A stretch of 64,000 nt of DNA from the human T2T-CHM13v2.0 reference genome, Homo sapiens. The position numbers and the translations under genes are program-made. The DNA lies in the NCBI RefSeq assembly GCF_009914755.1, contig NC_060932.1; one strand, written 5' to 3'. This document shows, one piece after another, positions 15,063-27,519 of this stretch (positions are counted from its first letter, which is position 1; each line of letters opens with the position of its first letter). The notes under the pieces were generated by a model. That model saw nothing but the letters and a program-made list of their open reading frames with translations. It did no database searches and had not been told where the DNA came from.

Positions 15063-16784
15063 TATCATGGGATCCTTGGGGTGTTGCTCTGCCAGCTGGA
15101 AGCCTCTGTGGCTGGTGGTGCCTTTGCCCGAGTTTTTACCTGTGGCCACTGGACTCGTTCTGCCCACTTAGCCTGGCAGTCTGTGCTCAGCTCATGCTAC
15201 TGGCCTGAATCTCACACCTGCCAAGGGTGAGCCTGACATGGAATGGCAAAGGGTGTGTGAGCGAGCAAGTGTGGGGTCTGGCCACTGCATTGAGCCAGGC
15301 ATGCCGGCTGGGGTAGGGTGGGCAGCACCAGGCACCCAGCATTGGTGCTGGTTCCCTGTAAGGCTGTGGTTGCATCAGGCATACCACAAACAGCTTCCAC
15401 AGCTGGCACCAGGGAAAATGGTGGCACCTGGAAGCTTGGAGATTCCAGAAATTACAGAGTCCCAGAGAAAGTGTCACAGCCTGGATTGGGGAGTCCTAGG
15501 TGTGGGCTCCTTGACAGCCCTTCTCTCCTGTTTTCTGCTCCCCTTGTCACCTGCAACATGGCAAGCAAGAGGTGTGTTTCAGCACTGTTTGTGTTACAGC
15601 TCTTTTAGCCCCACCATTCAGTGAGTCTTAAGTTCTCATCCTGCATCCAGGAAGAATGAGGTATGCAGACAATTGGAGGCTGGGCAAGGCAAAGAGGAGC
15701 TTTATTGAGTGACAGAACAGCTCAGAGAAGATTTGCAGTGGGTAGCTCTTCTTCATAGGCAGGGTATCTCAATGAGGGTTCAGCTTTCAGCAGAGGAAAG
15801 ACCCTGGAGTGGGTAGCTCTTCTCTTCTCTACAGCTGGTAGTCCAGACATGTGCCCAGCTCTCAGCAGTGGGAAGACCCTGGAGTGGATAGCTCCTTTCT
15901 GCAGATAGTTGTCCAATTGTCTCCCCGAGTCTGGCTGAGTCTGGGGTTTTTATGGGCTTCAGATGGGAGGAAGTGCATGCTGATTTGTTCATGGATGGCC
16001 ATAGGTGGCCAGGAAAAAGGCACCATAAGTTCTCACTCAGGTCTGCAGAACTGGCAGCCTAGCCCCCAGGCCTCAGGCCATCCCTGGCCTGAAGGTGGGG
16101 TTCTACTGGGGACCTGCCCCTTTCCACCCAGTAGCCTGTCTGCCTGCTGCCACCGTTAATCTGCTGGCCATGGTGCCCCAGTGCCCAGGCTCTTCGTGCC
16201 TAGAGGTGCCTGCAGGTCCATGCCAAGCCACCTTTCACCCTCTCTCAGCCTCCTTCCCATGCTCATTGGTACCCAAAGTCCAGAGGGGGCCAGGTGGCAG
16301 GGGCTGGTGTGTTAGTGCTGCCCCAATTGTGTGCACACCCAGCCATGTTCCAACAATGCCTGGGCTTGGCCTCAACCTTGCTCCAAAATTGGAGTGGGTG
16401 CTGGGAGCTGAGAGAGGCCAGGCAGTGGGAACAGGCACTTCCACGACTGCAGGAACAGGGCTGCTTCCCAGGCACCCGAGAGTGCAGAGTTGACTGGGTT
16501 GGCAGCCATGGCTGGGCAGCTGTGGCTGCACCTGGGAGGGCAGAGCTCCTGCCTGCTCCTGACCTCCAGGAGCACAGGGATGCCTGGGTCTGGACTTGTG
16601 GCTGGGCAGCTGCAGCTGTGCCTGGGGAGTGCAAGGTTCCTGCCCTATAAACTCAGAAAGGGGTGGGGTTTCTGTCTGTTCCTGGCTCAACCAGCTCCAC
16701 GCAGCTCACGGACCAGGCCATGCCTCACTCACTGCAGCTGGCATCATGGCAGTGGCCACTCCAGGCGGGCCGCCACTGCCATCA
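15063..16784 (-). mobile_element. MER52-family (ERV1) solo LTR, ~1.7 kb
   Basis: Minus strand begins tgatggcagtggcggcccgcctggagtggcc and ends gcaacaccccaaggatcccatgata, matching recalled MER52 termini. GC-rich, with internal gagtgggtagctct repeats. Minus-strand CATAAAA box at ~15947-15954 and AATAAA at 15701-15706. Confidence 0.85.
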
Positions 16785-16953
16785 TATGTAAAGTGTTTGT
16801 TGTGTAGAATAACATCTATGCTTGCTAGTTTCCCTGAACCCTCCTCTTTCTCCTCCTCTTATATCAATGCCACCGTAGCCAGGGTCAATCTACCACTATA
16901 CATTCAGCACCTGAAATCCATGTTCCCTTTTTTAGACTATTAAAACTGCAACC

Positions 16954-17293
16954 TGGCCACTGTATTGGCACATGCCTATAATCCCACCACTTCAGAAGGC
17001 TGAAAAGGGAAGATCTCTTGAGGCCAGGGGTTCGAGAGACCAGCCTGGCAACATGGCATGACCACCGTCTAAAAAAATTAAAAAAAAAAGACCAGGTATA
17101 GTGGTATGCACCTGTAGTTCTAGCTACTTGGGAGGTGGATCACTTGGCAGGTGGATCACTTGAGCCCAGGAGATTGAGGCTGTAGTGAACTATGATTGCA
17201 CCACTGCACTCCAGCCTGTGTGTCAGAGTGAGATTCTATCTCTAAAAAAACCACTCAGAAAACAGAAACATGAAACAAACAAACAAAAAAAAA
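16954..17293 (+). mobile_element. AluJ SINE
   Basis: Dimeric Alu with J-type right arm (gaggctgtagtgaactatgattgcaccactgcactccagcctg); local duplication of aggtggatcacttg. Confidence 0.93.
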
Positions 17294-17836
17294 CCTCCAG
17301 CAACCAACCCATTCAAATGCTCTGCTCTTGCTGAATGTTTTTCTCTCTTCACATAAGTCCAGAGGCAATGTTATTCAAACAGTATTTTTTCAATAAATAC
17401 GTTATATATTTATGGAAATCTGATGATATTTGAAATATTTAAATTTCCTAGAAGGAAAAAACATCCTAAATAATTGATATTATGTCAATGGAAAAAAAGA
17501 AGAACTTAAATAATTTTCTTTTAAGGATACTTCCCTGAAATATAAAGATAGTTTTTTTTTAAAATCTGAAATATTTCATCTTTATTCCAATTAAGGATAG
17601 GTTTTAACATTAGAAAGGCACACAGGCCAATTGGCATAGTCCTCTGCTTTCAAGCTGGTACTCTTTAATAAGACAATTCACAGCTGAGGCACCTGAGGTT
17701 AAACTGAAAAAGGAAAGAGGGAGGACCTTATAAAAGGACTTTAATACTATTTATCAAACTGTAATAAGAAGCTGCAATAGGATGTTTCACTTTGGTTTGC
17801 ATTCTTTGTATTTCCAGCCTTCTCAACAAATTTCTG

Positions 17837-17913
17837 TAGGTTGGTGCAAAAGTAGTTGTGGTTTTTGCCATTACTTTTATGGCAAGAACTGCAATTACTT
17901 TTGCACCAAACCA
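17837..17913. mobile_element. MADE1 MITE (Hsmar1 mariner derivative)
   Basis: taggttggtgcaaaagtagttgtggtttttgccatt-actt-ttatggcaagaactgcaattacttttgcaccaaacca, a ~80-bp palindrome of two mariner terminal inverted repeats. Confidence 0.95.
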
Positions 17914-18009
17914 GTACTACCCTGTTCAGAACTTCAGAGAATTTATGTTCTCTTATTCTGAAGATTTTTCTATCCAGCTGTGAATGAGTTATAGGTTCCA
18001 TAGAGAGAA

Positions 18010-18570
18010 TGCTAAGTCATTAGAGTTTCTATGGCAGAAACCGGCTGTTTCTTCTTTCCTCATCAGACAATTAAACTACATTTTTCAGCTTGTCTTCCAT
18101 TAGTTGTCCATGTGACTGTGTTCTAACCAACAGACTGCAAACAGAGGGGCTAGGTCACACATGATACTTCAGACGAATTCCTTGTAGTGGATCTTCCAGA
18201 CCCTTTTTCCATTCTAATAGCCTGAACTAGAGACCACTGATGGCCAGTGGCATTTTTTGGGAGGCAGAGGGGGATGAGGTCTCACTTTGATTTCCCAGGC
18301 TGCTCTCAAACTTCTGGCCTCAAGTAATCCTCCCACCCAGGCCTCTCAAAGTGCTGGTATTACGTGAGTCACCATGCCCAGCCTTCACTTATAGCTCTAG
18401 AAGCAACCTGGTATAGGTAAAAATACCAGATGAAAAAGGCTTTTTGGATGACAGCCATCCCACTGGTCAGCCCAGCATTGGACTTTTTCCTGTATTTGCA
18501 AGAACTATTTAACTATACAAGTGAGATATTGTGGTTTAACCAATACAGCTGTTAGATTGTTACAACCTAT
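18010..18570 (+). mobile_element. Diverged MLT1-like LTR interrupted by Alu monomer
   Basis: ttagttgtccatgtgactgtgttctaaccaacagact resembles an MLT1J/K core; boundaries approximate. Confidence 0.4.
18253..18383 (-). mobile_element. FLAM_C-like Alu monomer
   Basis: gatgaggtctcact...cccaggctgctctcaaacttctggcctcaagtaatcctcccac...caccatgcccagcc. Confidence 0.9.
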
Positions 18571-19699
18571 TCATGAAGTTTAACATGGCTAGAGTAGACC
18601 AGACTAAGATAAACCAACATTGCAGATGAGCATTAAGACAAATGTTATGGAGAGACACATATCCTATATTGTCATGTTTATTTAAAATACATTTGTTTTA
18701 TATATGTGCATATGTATTATATAATACATATGAATACATGCATATATATACACATTATATATGTAGGTTATATATAAATATTATATATGTATACATATAT
18801 GATGTCTATGTGATACATATTGTACTGACAGGAATCAAAGGGAAGAGGTCAAACTACCATACCATTGATAAGGTATGAAACTCCAAGACTTACATGTAGA
18901 TCCAGAATAGAAAAGCATTCCACACACTAACTCTGACAATCAAGGAAGAGTGTAGATGTGAGTATGACATGGGAACAAAAGAAGTATTTGCAATATTGGA
19001 AAGAAGGACATCTCAAACACTCATCATGATGCCATAAGAAGCACTGTGGTGGGTGGAAAGTAACTAGTCATTGAATGGTCCTATCAAAGTTATTTGTTCA
19101 AATGAAAAAGGAGGGCATTTCAAACACAAAATGGGAAATGGGAAAAAGGGTAGGGGAGCATTGTCAAAATCACTACTCACTCCCCCTAGCAGAAGCATTG
19201 GAAATTTTTTCATGTGTATATGTTCTAGAATTAAGAATTTAGGAAACAAAGAGAATAAGAGAGGTCTTGAATTAAGGTTATGGATGTGGAAAAAATTAAA
19301 AAGAGAAAAAAGAGTTTTGAAATATGCTATTAAAAGCATCAGCCAAAGATCAAGATTTTATTAGAAATTTATCTGGTGTCGTATAAAAAGATTGATAAAT
19401 ATTTGTTTATAAGAAAGATAGTGACATTGAAAATATTATTTGTCCTTGTTAGTGCAGTAAAAACTATTCCAGTCACTGATGTATGTTGACCTTGGCTTGT
19501 ATATATAAATAACAAACTCTTATCCTTGAGAAAGTATCTGGAAACTAAGATGCACAGTTATTTGCAAAATCATTATTACAGATGAATAATCCTGGAGTTT
19601 TGTAACTGTAAATTAGTGTAGCATTTTTGCACAATAGTAATCAATGTTTTTAATTCTGAGGAAAAAAGACAAGGTACCTATAAACCTATGAACAAGAAA

Positions 19700-19935
19700 C
19701 AATGCAGTATAGTAGTTAAGAATATTTGCCTTGGAGCTAGTTATCCTTGAAATCAATTCAATGCCTGAATTAGTGGTCATGATTTCTTGAACAATTTGCA
19801 TTATGTCTCAGAGCCTCAGTCTTCTTATCTGTAAAATGTGAATGAATAGCTATTTCCTAATGTGGCTGTGGGAAAAAAATGAACTAATATTTGTAAAGCA
19901 GTGGTTTTATGTAGCCAGCTACAGATTAAGCTCAA
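19700..19935 (+). mobile_element. MIR
   Basis: cagtatagtagttaagaat...gagcctcagtcttcttatctgtaaaatg...atatttgtaaagc. Confidence 0.75.
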
Positions 19936-20799
19936 CAAAATCATTTAAAGCTGCATTAAGGATAAATCTCAGACAAATCTATGTGTCTTTACATAGATAT
20001 ATGTATATACACATGGGTATATATGTGTACCTGTTTATATGTTTTGTATAAGAGTATATGCATTTAAATGTAAATACATTCATATATACATATGAGTGTA
20101 TGCATTTGGTGTCCATTTACATGCTTATGTAAAGACAGACCAAGAGAAATGTCGAGTCTATATTTATAGACATATGGTAAAAGAAAGCAAACAGATAACG
20201 GCATAAGGATGTATAAAGCTAGACAATGGAAGCGAACAATTGCTGCTAACAGTACTGTGGACATTTAAGCATATTAAATTTAACATTTGTAATCCGAAGA
20301 AGTAAATGTTTTCAGATCCTGAAAATTAAGGCCTTAGAGCTCATATAAACTTAAAATATTCAGGCAGTTAAATGGGTGATATTCTTAATTATATAGTCAC
20401 ATTAATATGCAGATATGCGATCGATTTTAACAAAGCCTTCTAACACGAAGTTCTGAAAACTAGAATTATAGTCAGACATGTATCATTAGCTTTGATATGG
20501 TTAAACTTTACTTAACTTTTTTTCTTCAGATGTAAAACAAATTGATATGTCTGCTCACTATCTCTTCTAAGGCTGCCATAATTTATGAAATGGAATGCTG
20601 TCTATGAAGAGAAATTGAAAATTTAAATGCTGTAAAATATTTGATACTATTATCATTATTGTGAAAGATATAATACCAAGGACACAGACTCCATAAACTT
20701 GTGTAATATTTTTGCCAAGTACCAATAGACGATCATAAACAGAGAGTAGTAGCCACAAAGGAAGAATGAGCAAGATGGTTAAATATTTCTATTTCAAAA

Positions 20800-21200
20800 G
20801 AATATTGGGAAAATTGGAAAGAGTTCCAAGTAGAGCCATAAAAATAATATTAAGAGATGGAAAACATGTCTCATGGAGACAGGAAAAGGAAATTGGGGTG
20901 ATTTTGTCTATAAAATAGAAGAATAAAAATTAGTTTATCTTCAGGATATAAAAAGAGTCTATCAAAGGCATGCCATTATTCTACATGTCTTACTAAGAGA
21001 TATTGACTTAAAATAAGAAAAGTTTTAAATGAATATAGGAAAGGTTATGCATAATGGGGTTAATATTGGAGAGTAACTACAGAAAGTTATTCAAACATTT
21101 TGTGTCTCTGTCTCTCTCTCTGTATCTGTAGGCTTTAGATGATCTGAAAATCAATCACTAGACCAATTTATCTCTGAAATCCTTTTCAGTTCTGTAACTT
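20800..21200 (+). mobile_element. L3/CR1 LINE 3' fragment
   Basis: gaaaattggaaagagttccaagtagagcc...ggaaaacatgtctcatggagacagg..ggaaattgggg...atctctgaaatccttttcagttctg matches the recalled CR1/L3 3' end. Confidence 0.65.
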
Positions 21201-22759
21201 TCAGAAAAATATCTAATTTATCATGTTTCTTTTTACTAAATCAACAACATAAATGATAATTTATCATTACTACTGACTACCTACCAATATTATAAATACC
21301 ATCTGATTTTCAGTGTGTCTGATAAAGTATTTGATTTTACTAGTTTTTCTATCAGAGGTTTTCAAGTTATAAATTGAAATGAAGTTATGCAGTAAATGTC
21401 CTAAATATATAGGTCTTTATATTAGAATTATGTAAGATAAAATAAGAAGAGTAAAGATTTTCAGAAAATATAGTAATTATGATTCCAATCATTTTTCCAG
21501 CTTCTTTTTTGAAAGTGGTCAAGGAAATCAACAGAATCTGAAAAATAGGCTAAAATAGAATATACTATAGATTACTAAGATAAGTTATCTAGCTCTGAGA
21601 TCATAATTTCTTTTTGGTCATATATAATAATATTTTCTATATTTGAAATTCAAAATTCTCTTGTTCTGTCTTGATTGACATATAAGAATCAACAGTCTAT
21701 GGAAACAGACAATTCAGTTAAGGCAACTAATTGATTTGAGGAATTTTCATTTCAATAATGACCTTGAGCCTTTGCTGCTTGGAATGCCCTCAGATTATGT
21801 AGTGGGCTATAGTAAAGATCTATCGTCAAATCAATTACCAAAAGCATGGAACATCTGATCCTTCTCTTGAAATTAACTAGTGAAAGTAGGTCAGCACACC
21901 TTCAAATGACACAGTGAATTATTATGTTCTCAATGACCCAGGAAGGAAAGCACAAGTGATTGATGAGAGCTGATATTTAAATGAGAATTGAACCTTTCTG
22001 GGATTAAACATGTAGCAATAACCATGAAAACTACCAGAAATCTAAATCTCTTAAAATAATTTCTCTTTTTTTATAATAGCCAGGGAAGAGTTTCTTTTTG
22101 CTGCTCTCTACATTCACAGCTACAATTCTGGGAAGAGGTCTACATATTGAGCTCATTCTTAGCTATTTGAAAGTAAAACTATGACTATAGTAGATATTTT
22201 AGTTTTGTTTTCATTAATATGTAGAGCAAATAAAGAAAATATTCAATAATATGTTAACAAATATCATTTGTTTCCCACTATGACAATTCAACTAAATAGA
22301 GTTCAAAAGACATGGTCAAAGATGACTAATATGATGACAGTAATAAACTTTGCCAAATGAAAATTAATATAATTTGGGTACTGGTTTTATTCTATGTATA
22401 AAAAATAAAACAAACAAGCAAATAATAGATGCAAATGCCTTTCTCCAGAAAAAAATATCCAATATTTCTTATGTGATTGTTATTTTAGGTGGTTACTATG
22501 TTTTTACATGGGCTTGAGAGTTTTTTTAAATTTGATGGTCTAGTACCTAGACTCACCTGTAATTGTAAGTTTTAATTTAGAGTTGTATTTGTATATATCT
22601 TTTGTAAAAAATATATATTATAATATACTTTTTTATAAATAGCTAAAAAATATTAAAAGTTTGGCTCAAATATTAAATCAAGAAGTAGTTTTGTTGGATT
22701 CCATGTAAAATACAAATACAATACGGTTGTCTGTATAAAGATATAACCTTTCGACTGCA

Positions 22760-22985
22760 ACATAGTGGTTTAGCACACGGGCTCAGGAGTTCAGACCTTG
22801 GTCCCCCTAATTTTAAATTGTGTTGGCCTTCGTTAAACTACTTATTTTATCCAAGCTTCAGTTTTCTATGTAAAATGGGGTTAATAATGGCCACTATTTC
22901 ATAGATTTTTGTGAAGATGGCATTAGAAAATGTATACAAAGTGCTTAGCCAGAGTCTGCAATGTATTTAAAGAGCATTAGCTACG
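22760..22985 (+). mobile_element. MIR
   Basis: catagtggtttagcacacgggctcaggag...cttcagttttctatgtaaaatgggg...aaagtgcttagc. Confidence 0.8.
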
Positions 22986-25116
22986 ATGATGGTGAAAGCG
23001 TCAATTAATAAATATGTTAAAAATTATGTTAAATCCTTAAACATTACTATTCAATTAACTATGAAGACTTCAATGTGGTAATACAGTGTATTTTATTTAT
23101 TAACAAATAAAGTTTAGCATTCTTTGCAAATTTTGGTAAAATCACTGAGAGGCCTATCAAAGTATTTAATTAATTTTTGTATAGCACTTAGTGTGTTATT
23201 ATGACTTTGAATATATTATAGGGTGACAGTGAATCAATATAGCCGTTTGACTTGTGCTGATGGTACAAATTACATTACTATCTTTCTAAGGGAAAAACAT
23301 GTGTCCAGAAAACACATTTCTAAAGTACTAAATTTCTCATTTGTATTCCCAATGTTATTAAAGGATTTTCAATCATATTAACACAGATTTCTGAATACAA
23401 ACCACATAAGTTAGGCATAGAAAATAACATCTAAATGTGCTTATAAGTTCATCTCAATAACACATAAAACAGACACTTTTGTCATCTTTGCTTTCTGGGA
23501 TGTTGGTTTTCTGAGCTTTAGCAGTAGCATTTAGCATTCTTGGAAAGGGAGCAGGGAATTTAGGGAGAATAGACCTTCTGTTGAGTATCTTTCCCTTCCT
23601 GCCTTATGTTAGACCCAGGATACTAAGGAACTCTCAACAGAGTTCCTGCCTATAAGATCTGTAAGATCCTAGAGGGTGTCATAAAGCACCCTGTGGAGTA
23701 TTTTTCTCTCTAGATATCTTAAAGAAGAATGTAGCTCTTATCTTTATAGTCTTGCTCAGTCAGAGGTCAAAAATGGGGAACAAAGCTCTTCAAACTCTCA
23801 AGAAGAAACAAGGAGAAAGAAGAGTAAGTAGTGGAACAGGGCTTTTCACATAAACATGAATTCACCGTGAGTACTTGTGATTAGACATTAAACTTTAGAT
23901 ATCTGTCTGGAGTAGTAGTACTTTGAAATGTATAAATATGGAAGGAAGAAGAAAGAAATTGACTTATTTTTTTACCTTTCCCCCCAAAAAACTAATTTTT
24001 ATTGACTGTCTTTTAAATATCTAGCAATCTGCTTGGGCAACAGACATAAACATATATAATCTAATAATATCAATTTAAATGATATTTGAAGACAATAGTA
24101 CAAGAGCTATAACAGGCAATGCATAGCTAATTATTAGATGGATTTAAAGGTCACAGAGAAGCACAGGAAATTCACTTCTCTAGGTTAAGCCAGAAGGTTA
24201 TAACGATTACATCAGTGGTAAAGCCCTGATGACCGTAAGCAGAAATTATTAAACCTATGTCATATATGTGTTAAAATGTTTAAAACTGTTTCAGGGGATA
24301 CTAAACAAAAATCCCTGCCCCAAATATTGTACAATTAAAGGGGAAACAAAGCAGAATCTGAAAAGCAGTGAGCCAAGTCAATACGTTCTGTGGTCAACAC
24401 TACATTTCAAAGAGAACATAGCAAAGGAGAAAAAAGTTCTGTCCTCCAGTATTCCCTGGGTCTGAAGCCAGGAAAAATAGACATAGAACTAGGAAAATGT
24501 TGACAAGGACACACTCAGTATGAATTTTGTGCTATTGTAGACAGAAAGACTAAAAAATATGTAAATTGTACTTAGAGTTTAAAAACTCTGGTATCTCAGC
24601 AGTTATTGTGAAACGAGAACAATGTAGGGCACAGGCAAAGATTAATACAAATGGATAATAGATGGTGAAAAGGAACTGGAAATGATTCTAATGAGAGAAA
24701 ATGCAGATTCATCCACCTCCCCATGAGGAGAGACTGTGTCTTGGAGATGCAGAGACATGCTGTGTATTATTTGTAGTTTATTATATTTGGAATTGGCTTA
24801 ATTGATCTATAATCTCTTGTGGTTTTTTCCATTCCGTATGTTTAGATATTCTCAATTTGGCATGTGGTCCCCTTTATAAAGTGATAAGCTAAGAAACGCT
24901 GCTGGATTCGTTTAGTATCTATAGTGGTCTAAACAGTGAAACATAATGCATTTCAGATTAGTGTATTGGTGGAGCCAAGTCTGCCGTAGAGGTATTTAGG
25001 AAAGCCTACACTTCACTGACACAGGCAGAAATACAGGGTGGAAGGAACATGCTATATGCAAGTAAGGATTATAGTTAAGTTAATAACTTGGCAAATCCAA
25101 GACCTAGGTTAACTAC

Positions 25117-26075
25117 GTCTATTAATTTTTCATTGCTACATAACAAATTAGTTGTTTAAAGCAACATTCTTTTATTTTCTCACAGTTTCCATGGGTCAAG
25201 TCTAGGGATGGTTTAGCTGGCTTCTACACTCTGGGTCTAAATAGGCTGAAATCCAGGTGCTAGCCAGGGCTGCAATTCTCATTTGAGGGTTGGAGTCTTT
25301 TTCCAAGTTTACTAGTTGTTGGTAGCCCTCAGTTCTTAGCAGCTCTAGGACAATGGTCCTTAGCCCCTACTGACCAAATGTAGTTCCCTGCCATGTGGTC
25401 CTCTCCAGTTTGCTTTTTCAAGGCAAACAGGTCATCATCTCTGTTGCTTGGTATCTTTCACTCAGTCAAGGCTTAGACTTCGTTTTAAAGGGCTGGTACG
25501 ATTAGGTCAGGCACACCAAGATAATCTCTATTTTGTTGAATGTAAAGAAAACTGGATTAAGGACCTTAATGACATCTGTGAAACCCTTTCATCTTTGCCA
25601 TTTGTATTAGTCTGTTCTCATGCTGCTAATAAAGACCTACCAGAGACTGGGTAATTTATAAAGGAAAGAGGTTTAATTGACTCACAGTTCCACATGGCTG
25701 GGGAGGCCTCACAATCATGGCAGAAGGCGAATGAGGAACAAAGTCACGTCTCTCATGGTGGGGGGCAAGGGAACATGAGCAGGGAAACTCCCCTTTTAAA
25801 ACCATCAGATCTCATGAGACTTATTCACTATCATGAGACCATCATGGGAAAAATCTACCCCCATGATTCAATTACCTTCCACCGGGTACCTCCCATGACA
25901 CATGGGGCTTAGGAGAGGTACAATTCAAGATGAGCTTTTGTTGGGGACACAGCCTGGGCATATCACCATTATAACATAACTTAATCATGGGAGGGAAATC
26001 CCGTCATATTCACAAATTCTTCCCATACTTAAGGACAAGAATCTTGGGGTCCATCTTAGAATTCTGCCTACCACA
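25117..26075 (-). mobile_element. MLT1E-like MaLR LTR, split by THE1 LTR
   Basis: Minus-strand start tgtggtaggcagaattctaagatgg (ends at 26075). Other end has cattgctacataacaaatta...ttctcacagtttcc..ggctgaaatccaggtg. Confidence 0.85.
25603..25965 (-). mobile_element. THE1 solo LTR
   Basis: tgtattagtctgttctcatgctgctaataaagac...ggggacacagc..catatca; 5-bp TSD ccatt at 25598-25602 and 25966-25970. Confidence 0.96.
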
Positions 26076-26119
26076 TTATAATATTAAAGAATATTTATGT
26101 AGACTGTGATTACAGGCAG

Positions 26120-26335
26120 TTATGATAACTTCTCATACCTCTTTTCCCTCATTTTCATAGAGATGAAAATAATTTTGTTTCAGGTGATTGTAGAGATTAA
26201 ACAATGTAACAATTGTAACGTATTTTCAATAGTGCTTGCACATGGTACATGCTACATAATTATTTGTTAAAAGAAAATAAAGTATTTTAGAATCATTTAC
26301 TGGCACATACTAAGCATTCAAGAATGTTTGCTGAT
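26120..26335 (+). mobile_element. MIR fragment(s)
   Basis: gattgtagagattaaacaatg...tagtgcttgcacatggtacatgct...tggcacatactaagcattcaagaatgtttg. Confidence 0.55.
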
Positions 26336-27406
26336 GTTATTTTTTAATTATTATTGTTTACTGAATGTAATGTTCGTCAGAAATAGTAAGTTTCTGCTTT
26401 AAGTCCTTTTTGTAATTATGGTATGATGTAAAATATATTATGCATTACTTTCATGATAATACTATAATTTATACAAATAAGATATGTGAAATTAGTACTC
26501 TCTATATATATTTTAAAAATTGTATACTATCTCAATAACCACACAGTAATTAGGAATGGTATGTTTGAAGAACTGATTAATTTTAGGTAATGATTTTCTA
26601 GTACTCAAGAGACATGGGCAGTTTTCAGTATAATTAGACTTTGAATGCCAAGGTCATGATCAATACAAGTTAAAAGACCATTTGCAAAAGCTTTATTTAT
26701 GGAATTTATACAGACAATAAAATTTGTCTTTAAAAAAATTAAACCTCATTGTTAAAAATACATCTGATGGAATTATTTGCTAATATCTCCATTATTTTAG
26801 CTTCCATCAATATTTTTCAAGACAAGAGGACATATTTTTTGAGCAAAAGAAAAAAATTTTAGTTTAATTTGACAAATGTCAATCTAATTAATAATCAACA
26901 AAATATCATTTTAAATTTGCTTTAGATGGCAGTTTAATGACATCTATTGATTTTATATTATTGGATTGAATAGTGTCATCATTATTTCTGTGTGGCATAC
27001 TTTAGGCAGAATTTGAATTATGCAGTATCACAAAAAGTTATTTTTCTTATCTTCGTGAAACATGCGTGCAAATGTCTCAAATGATATAAAATTTCATACT
27101 GCTATAGCAAAAATCTTTCTCTCGATACATATTATACGTAAATGTAAACAAAACGTTTCCCCAGTATAATCTATAACTATTAAGTTAATTCTTCTTCATT
27201 CATTCAGCCTGTACTGATCACCTTCTACTAAACACTCTGCAAAACATAATATGGCTGTTATATGTGATGAATAAGGTTAGAAGAGTCTAGCAGTTGTAAC
27301 ATTTAGCATTGTCTTAAATTGCTTTCTGAAGAATGAAGACACTGTCCTTTAGGGAATGAGATGTTTTGACATTTACACATGGCCATAAAATACTTTGAAA
27401 TCAGTC

Positions 27407-27503
27407 TTTCTTTTCTCTTTTCTTTTCTTCTTTCTTCTTCTTTTTTCTTTCTTTCTTTCTTCTTTTCTTTCCTTTCTTTCTATCTCTCTCTCTCTCTCTC
27501 TCT
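27407..27503. repeat. (TTTC)n/(CT)n pyrimidine-rich simple repeat
   Basis: Directly visible. Confidence 0.9.
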
Positions 27504-27519
27504 CACACGCCACATGCCC

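Noticed and set aside
15187-16943. Dense cluster of overlapping 67-151 aa ORFs on both strands
   Set aside because: They lie in or start within the GC-rich MER52 LTR, where stop codons are rare, and show no recognisable domains.
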